Notes under the pieces: model-generated
Seen by the model: only the letters and a program-made list of their open reading frames with translations
What the model was told of the DNA's origin: nothing
Database searches by the model: none
In this document: in pieces, positions 1 to 9,679 of the stretch
Layout: every line of letters begins with the position of its first letter
Position numbering within the stretch: the stretch's first letter is position 1
Program-made: the position numbers and the translations under genes
Origin: an uncultured Thermoleophilia bacterium
GTDB taxonomy: Bacteria > Actinomycetota > Thermoleophilia > UBA2241
Direction of reading: 5' to 3'
Length of the DNA stretch: 15,853 nt
Assembly (NCBI GenBank): GCA_963715985.1
Contig: CAVQSP010000018.1
Location: 1-15,853, forward strand

Positions 1-11
1 TGTGACAACGC

Positions 12-88
12 TGGTGGGCCCAGCAGGACTCGAACCTGCGACCGGCCGATTATGAGTCGGCTGCTCTAACCAACTGAGCTATAGGCCC
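12..88 (-). tRNA. tRNA-Ile2 (anticodon CAU, lysidine-type)
   Basis: Reverse complement reads GGGCCTATAGCTCAGTTGGTTAGAGCAGCCGACTCATAATCGGCCGGTCGCAGGTTCGAGTCCTGCTGGGCCCACCA, a 77 nt cloverleaf with CAT anticodon and encoded CCA. G1:C72 is paired, so it is not the initiator. C4:G69 and C5:G68 are TilS determinants in E. coli tRNA-Ile2, which favours Ile2 over elongator Met. Confidence 0.92.
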
Positions 89-210
89 ACGGGTGCGGCC
101 GGCCGTGAGCCGCGCCCCTAGGCGGGCGGCATTCACGGCCTCGTCAACGCCGCTCAATGATACGCTCTGCGCGTCGGACGGGGTACGGACACGGAGGAGG
201 AAGCGGTACT

Positions 211-1435
211 ATGACGCGCACCACGCAGCAGCCTGCGCGACCGAGCACCACGGACCTCATCCGCCTCACGACCATCGTGACACTGACGGTGCTCGTCGTC
301 ATCGGCCTCGTCTTCCTCCTCTTCAAGGTCCGCACCATCCTGCTCTGGGTGCTCATCGGCATCATCCTCGCCATCGCCCTGCAGCCCGTGGTGGGCTGGC
401 TGCAGCGCCACGGCTGGAACCGCATCCTCGCTTCCCTCCTGGTGTCGTTCCTGACCATCGTGATCCTCGCCGGGGCGGTGGTCGCCATCGCCTGGCCGGT
501 GGTCCTGCAGGCCGACGACTTCATCCGCGCCCTGCCCAACCTGGTGGACTCCCTCTTCGGGGTCGGCGGCCCTCTGCAACTTCCTCGAGGTCAATCTGCA
601 CGTGGTGGAGCGGCTCAAGTCGGTCACGCCGGAGCAGGTCGTGCACGTCATCATGGGCAACCAGGCGAGCATCGTGAGCGCCGTCACGCGGGTAGCGTCC
701 CTCATCGCGGCCACGATCACCATCCTCACGATCATGGTGATGATGCTCATCGAGGGTCAGCGCGCCTGGCAGTCCGTGCTTGGGATCATGGTCGGCGAGG
801 AGCGCAAGTGGACCGAGCGCATCGGCGACAACTTCCTGCGCGCCATCGGCGGCTACGTGCGCGGCAACCTGGCCATCAGCGTGGTGGCCGGCATCGCCTC
901 GTACATCGTGCTGAAGATCATGGGCGTGCCCTACGCCGAGACCCTGGCGGTGCTGGTGGCCATCCTCGACGTGGTGCCGCTGGTGGGGGCCACGATCGGT
1001 GCCGTGATCGTCTGCATCGTCGGCTTCGCCACCAGCGGCACGGTGGACGGCATCGTGCTCGTCGTCTTCTTCGTGCTGTACCAGCAGTTCGAGAACAACG
1101 TGCTGCAGAACCTCGTGTACTCCAAGACCGTGTCCTTGAGCCCGCTCGTGGTGTTCATCGCGGCCCTCGTCGGGGCCAGCCTGATGGGCATCGTGGGCGT
1201 GCTGCTGGCCATCCCGCTGGCCTCCGCCGCGTGGGTGCTGGGCCGCGACCTGCTCGCCCTGCGCAAGGCGCGGCATCTGGGGGGCGTCGGGCCGGAGGGT
1301 CTGGAGGCGATCGAGCTGCCCGGGGACCTGCCGGTCGGGCCGCACGCGGACGCGCCCGGCGGCGACGCCGGCACAGGCGGAGCGGGCGGCACGTACGCTT
1401 CCGGGGGAGGCTGGAAACCTCCTCCCGAAGGGTGA
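211..1435 (+). CDS. AI-2E family (PerM/TqsA-like) membrane transporter; one apparent frameshift near 578
   Basis: GGAGGAGG RBS precedes ATG 211. The hydrophobic N-terminus (ORF 157..1461 up to ...LFGVGGPL) continues in the 602..1435 frame with AI-2E motifs 'IGGYVRGNL', 'LDVVPLVGATIG', 'YQQFENNVLQNLVYSKTVSLSP' and 'GIVGVLLAIP'. Confidence 0.88.
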
Positions 1436-1495
1436 CCGCGCCACCGCTCCGGCGGAGCTGAGCCGGCAGCTCGGCGGTCGCCCGCCGGTCCGCCG

Positions 1496-1807
1496 CTACG
1501 CCGCCTTACGCTCGTGCTCCGGCGCACGCCCGTCCGGAGTCGCGCCGATGACGGGAATCTCCTTGACGGCGGGCACCGCGCGCTCGCGCTTCAAGGCGAA
1601 GTAGCCGTACACGGCGGCGGCGATGATGGTACTCGCCACGAGGACGATGGCGACGACGTCGGACGCAGTGCCTCCGGGGGCGCTCCCCGGCCAGAGGTAG
1701 GCTCCAGGTGGCGTCGCGGCCCATGCCATCGACACTCCAAAGGCGAGCATCGACACGAACACGGCCCCGAGCGCCACGACGAGCCCCAGCAGTTTGGAAC
1801 GGCTCAT
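1496..1807 (-). CDS. Small hypothetical membrane protein (signal peptide plus one TM helix, 103 aa)
   Basis: GGAGG RBS before ATG 1807. N-terminal hydrophobic stretch ending AWA-A, a second hydrophobic helix 'VVAIVLVASTIIAAAVYGYFAL', and a charged tail ending HERKAA. Confidence 0.7.
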   Translation of the reverse strand: MSRSKLLGLVVALGAVFVSMLAFGVSMAWAATPPGAYLWPGSAPGGTASDVVAIVLVASTIIAAAVYGYFALKRERAVPAVKEIPVIGATPDGRAPEHERKAA

Positions 1808-1897
1808 GGTGGGCCTCCGAGTCGGATGTCTCCCGCTCGACACACTACGCGGGCCTACTTCGATTGTTCCCTCGACGGCCGGCGACTCAACGCCCGG

Positions 1898-4073
1898 TCA
1901 CTCGGCGGCGGGGCGCACCTCCACGAACGTCGAGTGCAGGCGCGCGCCGCGGCTCGGCAGGGTCGGCTCGCTGCAGGTGAGCACGTTGGCCGAGCCGGCC
2001 ACGTCGCGCCCGGCGTGCGTCGAACTCAGGTGAGACGCCGGCGGTGAGAGAGACGACGCCCTCCATCACATCCTCGGTCACGCGGCACGGGCACAGCACG
2101 GCGCCCTGGGCGCTGCCGACCTCGACGAGCGCGCCGCCCGCAATGCCGCGCGCGGCGGCGTCGCGCGGGTGCATCCACAGGGAGCGGTCGTCGCGGGCGC
2201 GCATCGAGGGCAGGTCGCCGAGCTGCGAGTGGATGCGATAGCGGGACTTGGGCGTGACGAGGCGGAGCGGGCGCGCCTCGTCGGGAGGCAGCAGGCGCGC
2301 CTCGGGCACCTCGGAGAGGCCGGCGGCGACGCAGGCCCCGCCGGCCAGCTCGATCCTGCCGCTCGGCGTCGCCAGCGGGTGCCCCTCGGGGTCCGCGGCG
2401 AACTCCGCCAGAGCGACGCGCTCGCGGTCGGCGGCGAAGTGGATCCCCGTGCGGCGGAACTCGGCCTCGTCGGTGATGTCCGAGGCGGCCACGAACTCAT
2501 GCAGCCAGGCCGCCTCGTCCTTGCCCTCCGTGAAGGCATCGCCGAGACCCAGCCGGTCGGCGATGTCGGCGAAGATGTCGTAGTCGTGGCGGGACTGGGC
2601 GAGCGGCTCTGCGACCTTGTGCGAGAACAGCGAGAAGTCCGCCCAGGAGGAGACGATGTCCTCCCGCTCCAGCCAGTGCGTGGCCGGCAGCACCACGTCG
2701 CACTGGCGAGCCGTGGTCGTGAGGAAGAGGTCGTGGCACACGGAGAGCTCCGGCGCCTGCAGGGCGCGCAGGTTCAGCGCCGTGTCGGCGCCCTGCACCA
2801 CGTAGTTGCCGCCCACGTTGTACACGGCGTGGATGCCGGGGTGGCCGGCGTCGGGACCTTCGAGCAGGGCGTGAGCCCAGTCGTTGGCGGCGATCGTCGT
2901 GGAGGCCGGGCTCCGCGGCACGGGGATGGCGCCCATGCGCGGCTCGGGGAGCGCGTCCCACACGCGGCCGCCCGACGAGCCGCCGAGGCGCCCGACGTTG
3001 CCGGTGGCCGACCTGCAGGGCGACGGCCAGGCGCACCGGCTCCTCGCCGCCCCACGTGCGCTGCGCGGAGAGGCCGGGGATCAGCGCGACGGGCCGGCGG
3101 CGCGCCCATTCGCGCGCCAGCGCGACGATGCGCGCCGCCGGCGTGCCGCAGACGGCCTCGGCCCACTCGGGCGTCGTCGGGCCGCCGCCTGCGAGGCCCC
3201 GGCTCCGCGCCCGGCGGCTCCTCTGCGCCCGTGCCCAGCACACGCCGCCGCAGCGCCTCGAAGCCGACGGCGTGCGAGGCCACGAACTCCTCGTCCACGA
3301 GCTTCTCCGTGACGAGCACGTAGAGCAGCGCGAGCATGAGTGCACTATCGGTGCCTGGACGCACCGGCAGCCACTCGGTGCCGAGCTGCCGCGCGGTCTC
3401 GGTGCGACGCGGGTCCACGACCACGACCGGCACACCGCGCCGTTTGGCCTGGCGCACCCGCGCCCGCCACTCGCAGCCCATGATGCAGTCCACCAGGTTC
3501 GAGCCCCACAGCACGATCATCGCGGAGTGCTGGACGGTGGCCGCGTCCATGCCGGCCTCGTCCGTGCCCAGGACGACAGGCTCCACGAAACTCGCGGCCG
3601 CCGAGCTGTAGCTGTCCGCCTCGCCGACGTGACCGCCGAAGAGATTCAGAAAGCGCGCCGTGAGACGCCCGGTGTTGTGCAATGCGCCTCGGCACGAGCC
3701 CGACCCGCCGAGCGCGAGCACGGCGCCGTCGCCGTGCTCTGTCGCGAACCGCCGCGAGCCCGTCGGCGACCGTCTGCACGGCCTCCGGCCAGCCCACCTC
3801 GCGGAACTGCCCCGAGCCGCGCGGGCCGGTGCGCACGAGGGGGGCCGCAGGCGAGTCCGAGGCGTAGAGTTGCTCCATCGCCCTGTAGCCGCGGATGCAG
3901 CCTTTGAGAAACGGGCCGCCGGCCGGGTTGCTCGCGATGCGCGTCACCCGGCCGTCCTCGACAGTGGCCACCAGCGGGCAGCCCCCGCCGCAGTCGCGGT
4001 TGCAGGCGACGGGGACGGTGGCCTGCTGCGCCCGACGGCCTCGCTCGTTCTGTGCGGCGGAGTCAATGCTCAT
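1898..4073 (-). CDS. Molybdopterin (bis-MGD) oxidoreductase, DMSO reductase family, DmsA-like; about 4 apparent frameshifts (~3745, ~3195, ~3008, ~2012)
   Basis: Stitched across frames: FS0 motif CNRDCGGGC...KGCIRG, 'RGSGQFREVGWPEA', 'DSYSSAA' (DmsA-like Ser ligand region), 'VVVDPRRTET', 'PGTDSALMLAL', 'TPEWAEAVCG', 'TARQCDVVLPATHWLER', 'LATPSGRIEL' and a C-terminal dinucleotide-binding domain 'RIHSQ...WMHPRDAAARGI...VTEDVMEGVV'. Ends ...STFVEVRPAAE with TGA at 1898-1900. Confidence 0.88.
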
Positions 4074-4097
4074 GGCCGCCGCAGCGTACCACGCGCC

Positions 4098-5749
4098 TCA
4101 GCGCACCCAGACCTTCCACATGTCGATCCTGCCCATCGGGTCGTACACCAGGCCGCCGACGCGGTCGTTCGTGATGCGGTAGCCCCCGACGAAGGCCACA
4201 GGGATCACGGGAGCGTCCTCGAGGATCACGCGCTCGGCCTCGGCGTAGATCTCCAGACGCCGACTCTCGTCCGCGGTACTGCGCGCCTTCTGCAGCAGAC
4301 GATCCACCTGAGGGACTGCTGTAGGCAGTGCCGCTCCCGTACTGCGACTGGGTGCTCTGGAACAGGGGGTAGAGGAAGTTGTCCATCGACGGGTAATCGG
4401 CAACCCAGCCGGCCCGAAAGAGTTGCGCCTCGCCCTGCATGTACACCTTGTCGGCGAACGTCCCGAACTCGAAGTCGGAAAGCTTTACGTCCACGCCGAC
4501 CGCCGTCCACGCCGCCTGGTAGGCCTCGGCGAGCTTCTGCAGCTCCTCCTGGGTGTTGTACCAGTAGTCCAAGCCCGGGACCTCGCCGATCCCCTCGACG
4601 AGCGCCGCGGCCTTCTCCTGGTCAAAGGCGTACGGCAGGCTCGAGAGCGCCGAGCCGGGGACTCCGAACGGCACGAGCCCGTTGGGCACGTGCGCCATGC
4701 CCTCATCGACCACCCGGATGATCGTCGGCTGGTCGATGGCGTAGCTGAGGGCCTGGCGCAGCGCGAGGTTCGCAGGGCCTCCGAGGCTGGGGTCGCGCAG
4801 GTTGATGCCGATGTACTCGATGGACAGCTGCGGCCACACCTTGGCAGTCCACGCTCCGCTGGTCACCTGCGGCAGGTCGGCGGAGGTGCTCTGCTGCCCG
4901 GCCGGCACCATCGTGAAGTCCAGGTCACCCTTCTGGAAGGCAAGCCACATCGTGTTCGTGTTGGTCACGATCGGCATGTGGACGCGCTCCACATACGGCC
5001 CGCCGGCGGCGACGTTCCACCACCGCGCGTTGGGCACGAGGTCGACGGACTGGCCGTGGGTCCACGTGTCGAGCAGGAACGGGCCTGTGCCGACCGGTTT
5101 CTCGGCGAACGCCTTGCGCCCGACCTTGCGCAGGTAGTCCACGGGCCACGCCGAGGCGACGAGCGTCCCCAGGGTGAGGGGGAACTCGGCGAACGGGTAC
5201 CGCAGGGTGAAGCGCAGCGTGTAGCGATCCAGCGCCTTGATCCCCGAGACGCCGTGGCGTGCGTAGCCGGAGTCGTCGACTCCCTTCACCGGCGCCAGCA
5301 CGTACAGACGTGTACGACTGGTTCGCCGGATCGGTCACGAAGTCGAAGCAGGCCACGAAGTCGGCCGCGGTCACTTCTCGGTCCACCGGCGGGCCGAAGG
5401 TGACGCCGTGTCGCAGCTTGAACGTCCAGACCGTCAGGGCGGGATTCGCGGTCCAGCTCTCGGCGATGTCCGGGACCGCCTTCATCGCGCCGTCAGGCTG
5501 CAGTTCGAACCGCACGAGACCCTGGAACAGCTGGTGCGCGATCTGCGCGCTGTCCGTGTCCGTGACGTTGAACGGCACGATCGACATGGGCTCCGACGTC
5601 AGCGGTATGTTGAACGTGCCGCCCGGCCTCGGCGTGCCGCTTGCGGACGCGGCCGGTCCTGCGGCGTCGCCGCAGCCGGCCGCGACCGCCCCGACCAGGA
5701 TGAGCGCGACGGCGCACACGAACAGCCGCCCGAGTCTGATGCGAGTCAT
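4098..5749 (-). CDS. ABC transporter solute-binding lipoprotein, family 5 (OppA/DppA-like); apparent frameshifts ~5305 and ~4312
   Basis: Signal peptide with lipobox 'VAAG-C'. Family-5 signatures 'LFQGLVRF...PDIAESW...WTFKLRHGVTF...VTAADF', 'PVGTGPFLL', 'LRQALSYAIDQ', 'GWVADYPSMDNFLYPLF' and 'YAEAERVILEDAPVIP'. ATG 5749 overlaps the upstream stop (ATGA). Confidence 0.9.
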
Positions 5750-8700
5750 GCGAGCCCCCTGAGCACAGTGTGGGTCTGGTCCACGTCCAGAGTCGCGCCG
5801 AGCCCGGCGAAGACAAGCTCGGCGCGTTCGAGCGCATCGGCCGAGGCGCGCCTGTCGCCGCTCGCGAGCAGGCACCTCCCGCGACCCAGCAGAGCGTGCG
5901 CCTCTTCGTACGGGATGCCGAAGTCGTGCCAGCCTCGAGCGGCCGCGGCATGCGCAGCGGCGGCCGCGGCCGCTTCGCCGTCCATCTCGAGGAGTTGAGC
6001 ATCAAGCGTCCGCCTGACGTGCCTGCCGAAAGGCAGCACCGGTGCGACAGGCTCGGCGAGACGGCGCGCGAGATCGCCGTGGCCGCCCGCCAGCGCCGTG
6101 CGCACGGCCAGAGGCAGCAGATAGACGAAGACGGTGTCACCCTTGTCGCGCAGCACTTCTTCGCACTCTTCCAGGAGCGCGACCGCGCCGTCGTCGTCAC
6201 CGATGCCGCACCTCGCTGCCGCCGCCGCGACCAGGTACACGGCGGAGACGCCACGCAGAGGGTTGTCGCGCGCCTTAGCGAGCGCCTGCGCGGCCAGCGG
6301 CTCCGCCGCGGCCGCGTCACCGCGACCCAGAAGAAGCAGGCTCCACACGTAGCGCACGATCGCCACGCTGTAAGCGTCTCCAGCTGCCTCCAGAACGGGC
6401 AACAGCTCCCGGCACTCGGTGAGCGCCGTGTCCCACTCGCCGGCCCAGTAGAGACTGCGCACGGCCATCGATCTGGCATCGGTGACGAAGGTGTCCATGC
6501 GCGCGCGGCGCGATAGCTCCTCCGCTGCCCGCAGCGCCTGCAGCGCTGATCCAGGACCCTCGAACGACACCAGTGACCATGCCAGCTCCAGAAGAAGGCC
6601 GGCCTGCTCGACTCTGCGTCCCTCCCGCTCGGCGGCCTCGATGGCTCGCCTGATGTCGGCGAGACCGCCGGCATCACCCAGCGCGCAGCGTACGGCGCCC
6701 CGCGCGCTGAGCAGCACCGCAGGCGTGGGCTTGCCGAGGCTCTCGGCGACCGCGAACACCTGCTCCAGCGCTTGCAGGCCCTGTCTCGGGCCCTCGTCCT
6801 CCTGCACGTACGCCGCGCGCTCAAGAAGGACGTCGACCATCGTCTGCGAGGGACCGTCTCTCTCGACCAGCTCGACGGCCTCGGCCAGAGGGTCGCGATA
6901 CCCCGGATCCCCCAGGAGGAGCAGCGCCTGCGAGAGCTGATTCAGGGCGTCGGCGGCCGCGCGCGTCTCGCCGGCCTCCTTGAGGCCGGCGATGGCCTCG
7001 CCGAGGTCGGAGACCGCCTCCCCGGCCCTGCCGCGCATGGCGGCCATGGCGCCGCGCCGCGCCAGGAGGCGGAAGCGCTCGACTCTGGAGTCCGGGATGA
7101 CTGCGAGCGCCCGCGAGTAGTAGCTCTCGGCCGCACCGCCGTCGAGCGGCTCGGTCTTCTCTGCCGGCCAGCTGAAGGTAGAGCACGGCAGGATCGAGGA
7201 GGGCGGCCGCGGCCTCGCTGTGCAGCGCCGTCGCGAGCTCGAAGGCCGTCGCGTAGTGATAGGCGAGGACCTCGGCGAACTCATCGGCCCGCTCGCCGGC
7301 CTTGTCACGCACCCAGGTCCCGGCGGCTTCGTGTTTGCCGACGCGCACCTTCTTCGGCAGGCGTCCGTAGGCCACGTCGCGCATGACGGCGTGCCGGAAG
7401 ACGTACTCGGCTCTCCGGCGAGTGACGACGGCGCTGCGGCGCGCACGAACTGCTTGCCGGCCAGCGCCCCCAGAGCCTCGTCGACCTCAGCCTCGGTGCC
7501 CCCGCCGATGGCGGCCACGCCGCCACGCCAGAACGTCTCGCCGAGCACCGCGGCGTCAGACAAGGTCGCTTTGAGGGGCGCGGGCAACAGGTCGAGACGC
7601 GCCCCGATCACCGCCTGCACCGAATCGGGCAGCGGCGGAGGGCCTTTGTCCTGGTCGAGCTCGATGCCGCGCGACGTGGGCCGCAGCAGGTCGCGGTCCA
7701 CGAGCAGCCTCACGTACTCCTCCCCGAAGAGCGGATTACCGCCGGCCTGCTCCGCCACGAAGTCCGCCGTGTCATCGCTCAGCCTGCCTCCGGCGACCTC
7801 CGCGGCTACGGCGGCCATGTCGGCGGGACTCAGCGGTGACAGCGCGAGACACACGGTCCCCGGACAGGCGTCGAGGAAGCCGGGGTGGAGCTCGAGCAGC
7901 TCCGTGCGGGCCGTTGCGATCACGAGCAGCGGGGCGGCGACCTGCTGTGTGATCAGGTGCCGGACGAAGTCCAGCATGTCCTCCCCGGCCCAGTGCAGAT
8001 CCTCCAGCACGAGTGCGGTGGGCGCAGTCGCGGCCACCTGCTGGAAGTACGACGTCCAGGCGGCGAAGTTGTCCTGCGTCGTGGCCGCCGGAGCCGGCAG
8101 CCCGACAAGGGGGCGAAGGCGCGTTCGGATCCACTCGTGATCCGGGCCGGGGGGCACGGCGGCGGAGAGCCGCGCCTCCACGAGGCCGGCCCCGTCGGTC
8201 TCCAGGATGCCCGCGTGTCGCCTGATCGCCTCGGCGAGCGCTGAGAACGTCGCGCCTTCGCCATAGGGCACACAACTTCCCCGCAGCCACTGCGCCAGGC
8301 CCCTCGCCCTGCTCCTGCGCCGACTTGAGTTCGTCCACCAGACGGGTCTTGCCGATGCCCGGCTCGCCGACGATGAGCGCCGATCTCTCGCAGTGCGTGC
8401 CGGCCACTGCGGACGCGAGTCCCCGCAAGGCCGAGAGCTCATCGCGTCCTCCCCACCATGCTGCGCCCAGGGGCCGCACGTGAGGGCATGGCCGGCGCCG
8501 GTGCTTCCCTCACGGCGCGCCAGACGCGTACCGCGCTCGCCTTGCCCTTCACGTCGGCCGGGGCGAGCTCCACGTACTCGATGGATCGCGCGCTGAGGCG
8601 GTGCGTGACCTCCCCGACGACGACCCCCATCGGGGGCGCGACGGTCTGCAGGCGAGCCGCAGTGTTGATGACGTCACCGGTCACGAAGGTCTCGCCGGAC

Positions 8701-9148
8701 GAAGGGTCGACGCCGAGGCGTGCATAGACCTCCCCGGTGTTCACGCCGATGCGGACCTGCACCCGTTGCCCGTCGAGCAGCGGCAGCTCGTCGAAGACGT
8801 CGATGAGGCGCAGTCCGGCGCGCACGGCGCGCAACGGGTCGTCGTCGTGAGCCTGGGGAAACCCGAAGACGGCGGCCACAGCGTCCCCGATGTACTTCTC
8901 AACCGCCCCCCCGAACGACGACACCACCCCGCGCGCGAGGTCGCCGTACACGGTGACGAAGGCCGCGACTTCTTCGCGGTCACAGCGCTCCGAGAGGGAG
9001 GTGAACCCGACGAGATCGCTGAAGAGCGCCGTCACGACCTTGCGCTCTTCGACCTCCGGCGCTGCCGCCGACACCTCCGTGCCGCAGTACGGGCAGTAAG
9101 AGGAAATCCGGGGCGCACGTTCGCGCCGCAGTTCGTGCAGGTGCTCAC
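5746..9148 (-). CDS. Class III adenylate/guanylate cyclase - STAND (AAA) ATPase - TPR-like protein with N-terminal double zinc ribbon; about 5 apparent frameshifts; start approximate
   Basis: Stitched: CTNCG...CPYCG zinc ribbon; cyclase motifs 'ERKVVTALFSDLVGFTSLSE', 'VEKYIGDAV', 'VRIGVNTGEV' and 'GDVINTAARLQ'; Walker A 'GEPGIGKTRL'; Walker B 'LVLEDLHWA'; 'AGGNPLF'; 'LPDSVQAVIGARLDLL'; 'FRHAVMRDVAY'; and an Ala/Leu-rich helical C-terminus. Confidence 0.87.
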
Positions 9149-9250
9149 GCCGACGACACCGGGCCTTGCCCCTCTCCTCGAGTCCGGCAGATCGCTCCTC
9201 GCTCAAACATAGCCGCTCTCCCGGCTCGGCGATAGTGCCGAGAGGCAAGA

Positions 9251-9411
9251 GAGCCGGAACGTCACCACCAAGCGCTTGGATCGATCGGCGAGCATCTGCA
9301 CACGCTGGTGTTCACGCCGCGTGGCGGCGCGGTACATGGATCAGCCTGCGCAGAGCGAACCATCGCGAAAGGACGCGCTCTGCCGGGCAAGCCAGACCCA
9401 GAGCTGATTGA
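9251..9411 (+). pseudogene. BrnT-family toxin remnant (C-terminal half only, one frameshift ~9338)
   Basis: One frame gives EPERHHQALGSIGEHLHTLVFTPRGGAVH and the adjacent frame continues ISLRRANHRERTR, matching the BrnT C-terminal pattern (ALG.I..RLHVLVFT.R...R.ISLRKAN.RE). An in-frame TAG at 9233-9235 lies upstream and no N-terminal half is visible. It overlaps the BrnA start as in intact BrnTA pairs. Confidence 0.72.
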
Positions 9412-9679
9412 CGAGGACGCCCCCGAAGCCACCGACGAGTGGTTCGACGAGGCCCGGGCGGCGAAGGACGTTGTGCCCGGGCTGGTCGGCATCGACGCCG
9501 CAGAGGAGCTGCTCAAGCCCAAGCGTGGACGGCCCCGCTCCGCGAACCCGAAGGAGCACGTGAACATCCGCTTGGACGCCGACGTGGTGCGCGCGTTCAA
9601 GAGCACCGGCGGAGGATGGCAGACGCGACTCAACGATGCTCTCCGGGACTGGTTGAGCACGCACACGCCGGCGCGTTGA
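9380..9679 (+). CDS. BrnA-family antitoxin (type II TA)
   Basis: 'DEDAPEATDEWFDEAR', 'RGRPRSANPKEHVNIRLDADVVRAFKSTGGGWQTRLNDALRDW' is typical of BrnA. GAAAGGA RBS-like sequence at 9367-9373 precedes an in-frame CTG at 9380 where ATG would be expected. Confidence 0.85.
   Translation: MPGKPDPELIDEDAPEATDEWFDEARAAKDVVPGLVGIDAAEELLKPKRGRPRSANPKEHVNIRLDADVVRAFKSTGGGWQTRLNDALRDWLSTHTPAR

Noticed and set aside
12-88. tRNA-Met or initiator tRNA call from the CAT anticodon
   Set aside because: Paired G1:C72, no run of three G:C pairs at the base of the anticodon stem, and C4:G69/C5:G68 fit tRNA-Ile2 better.
1436-1495. Terminator between the convergent AI-2E and small membrane protein genes (gagctg/cagctc)
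   Set aside because: Only a 6-bp core and no U-tract, which is expected by chance at this GC content.
1898-4073. Selenocysteine or stop-codon readthrough in the molybdoenzyme
   Set aside because: The breaks are frame changes rather than in-frame TGA codons, and the predicted Mo-ligand position is Ser.
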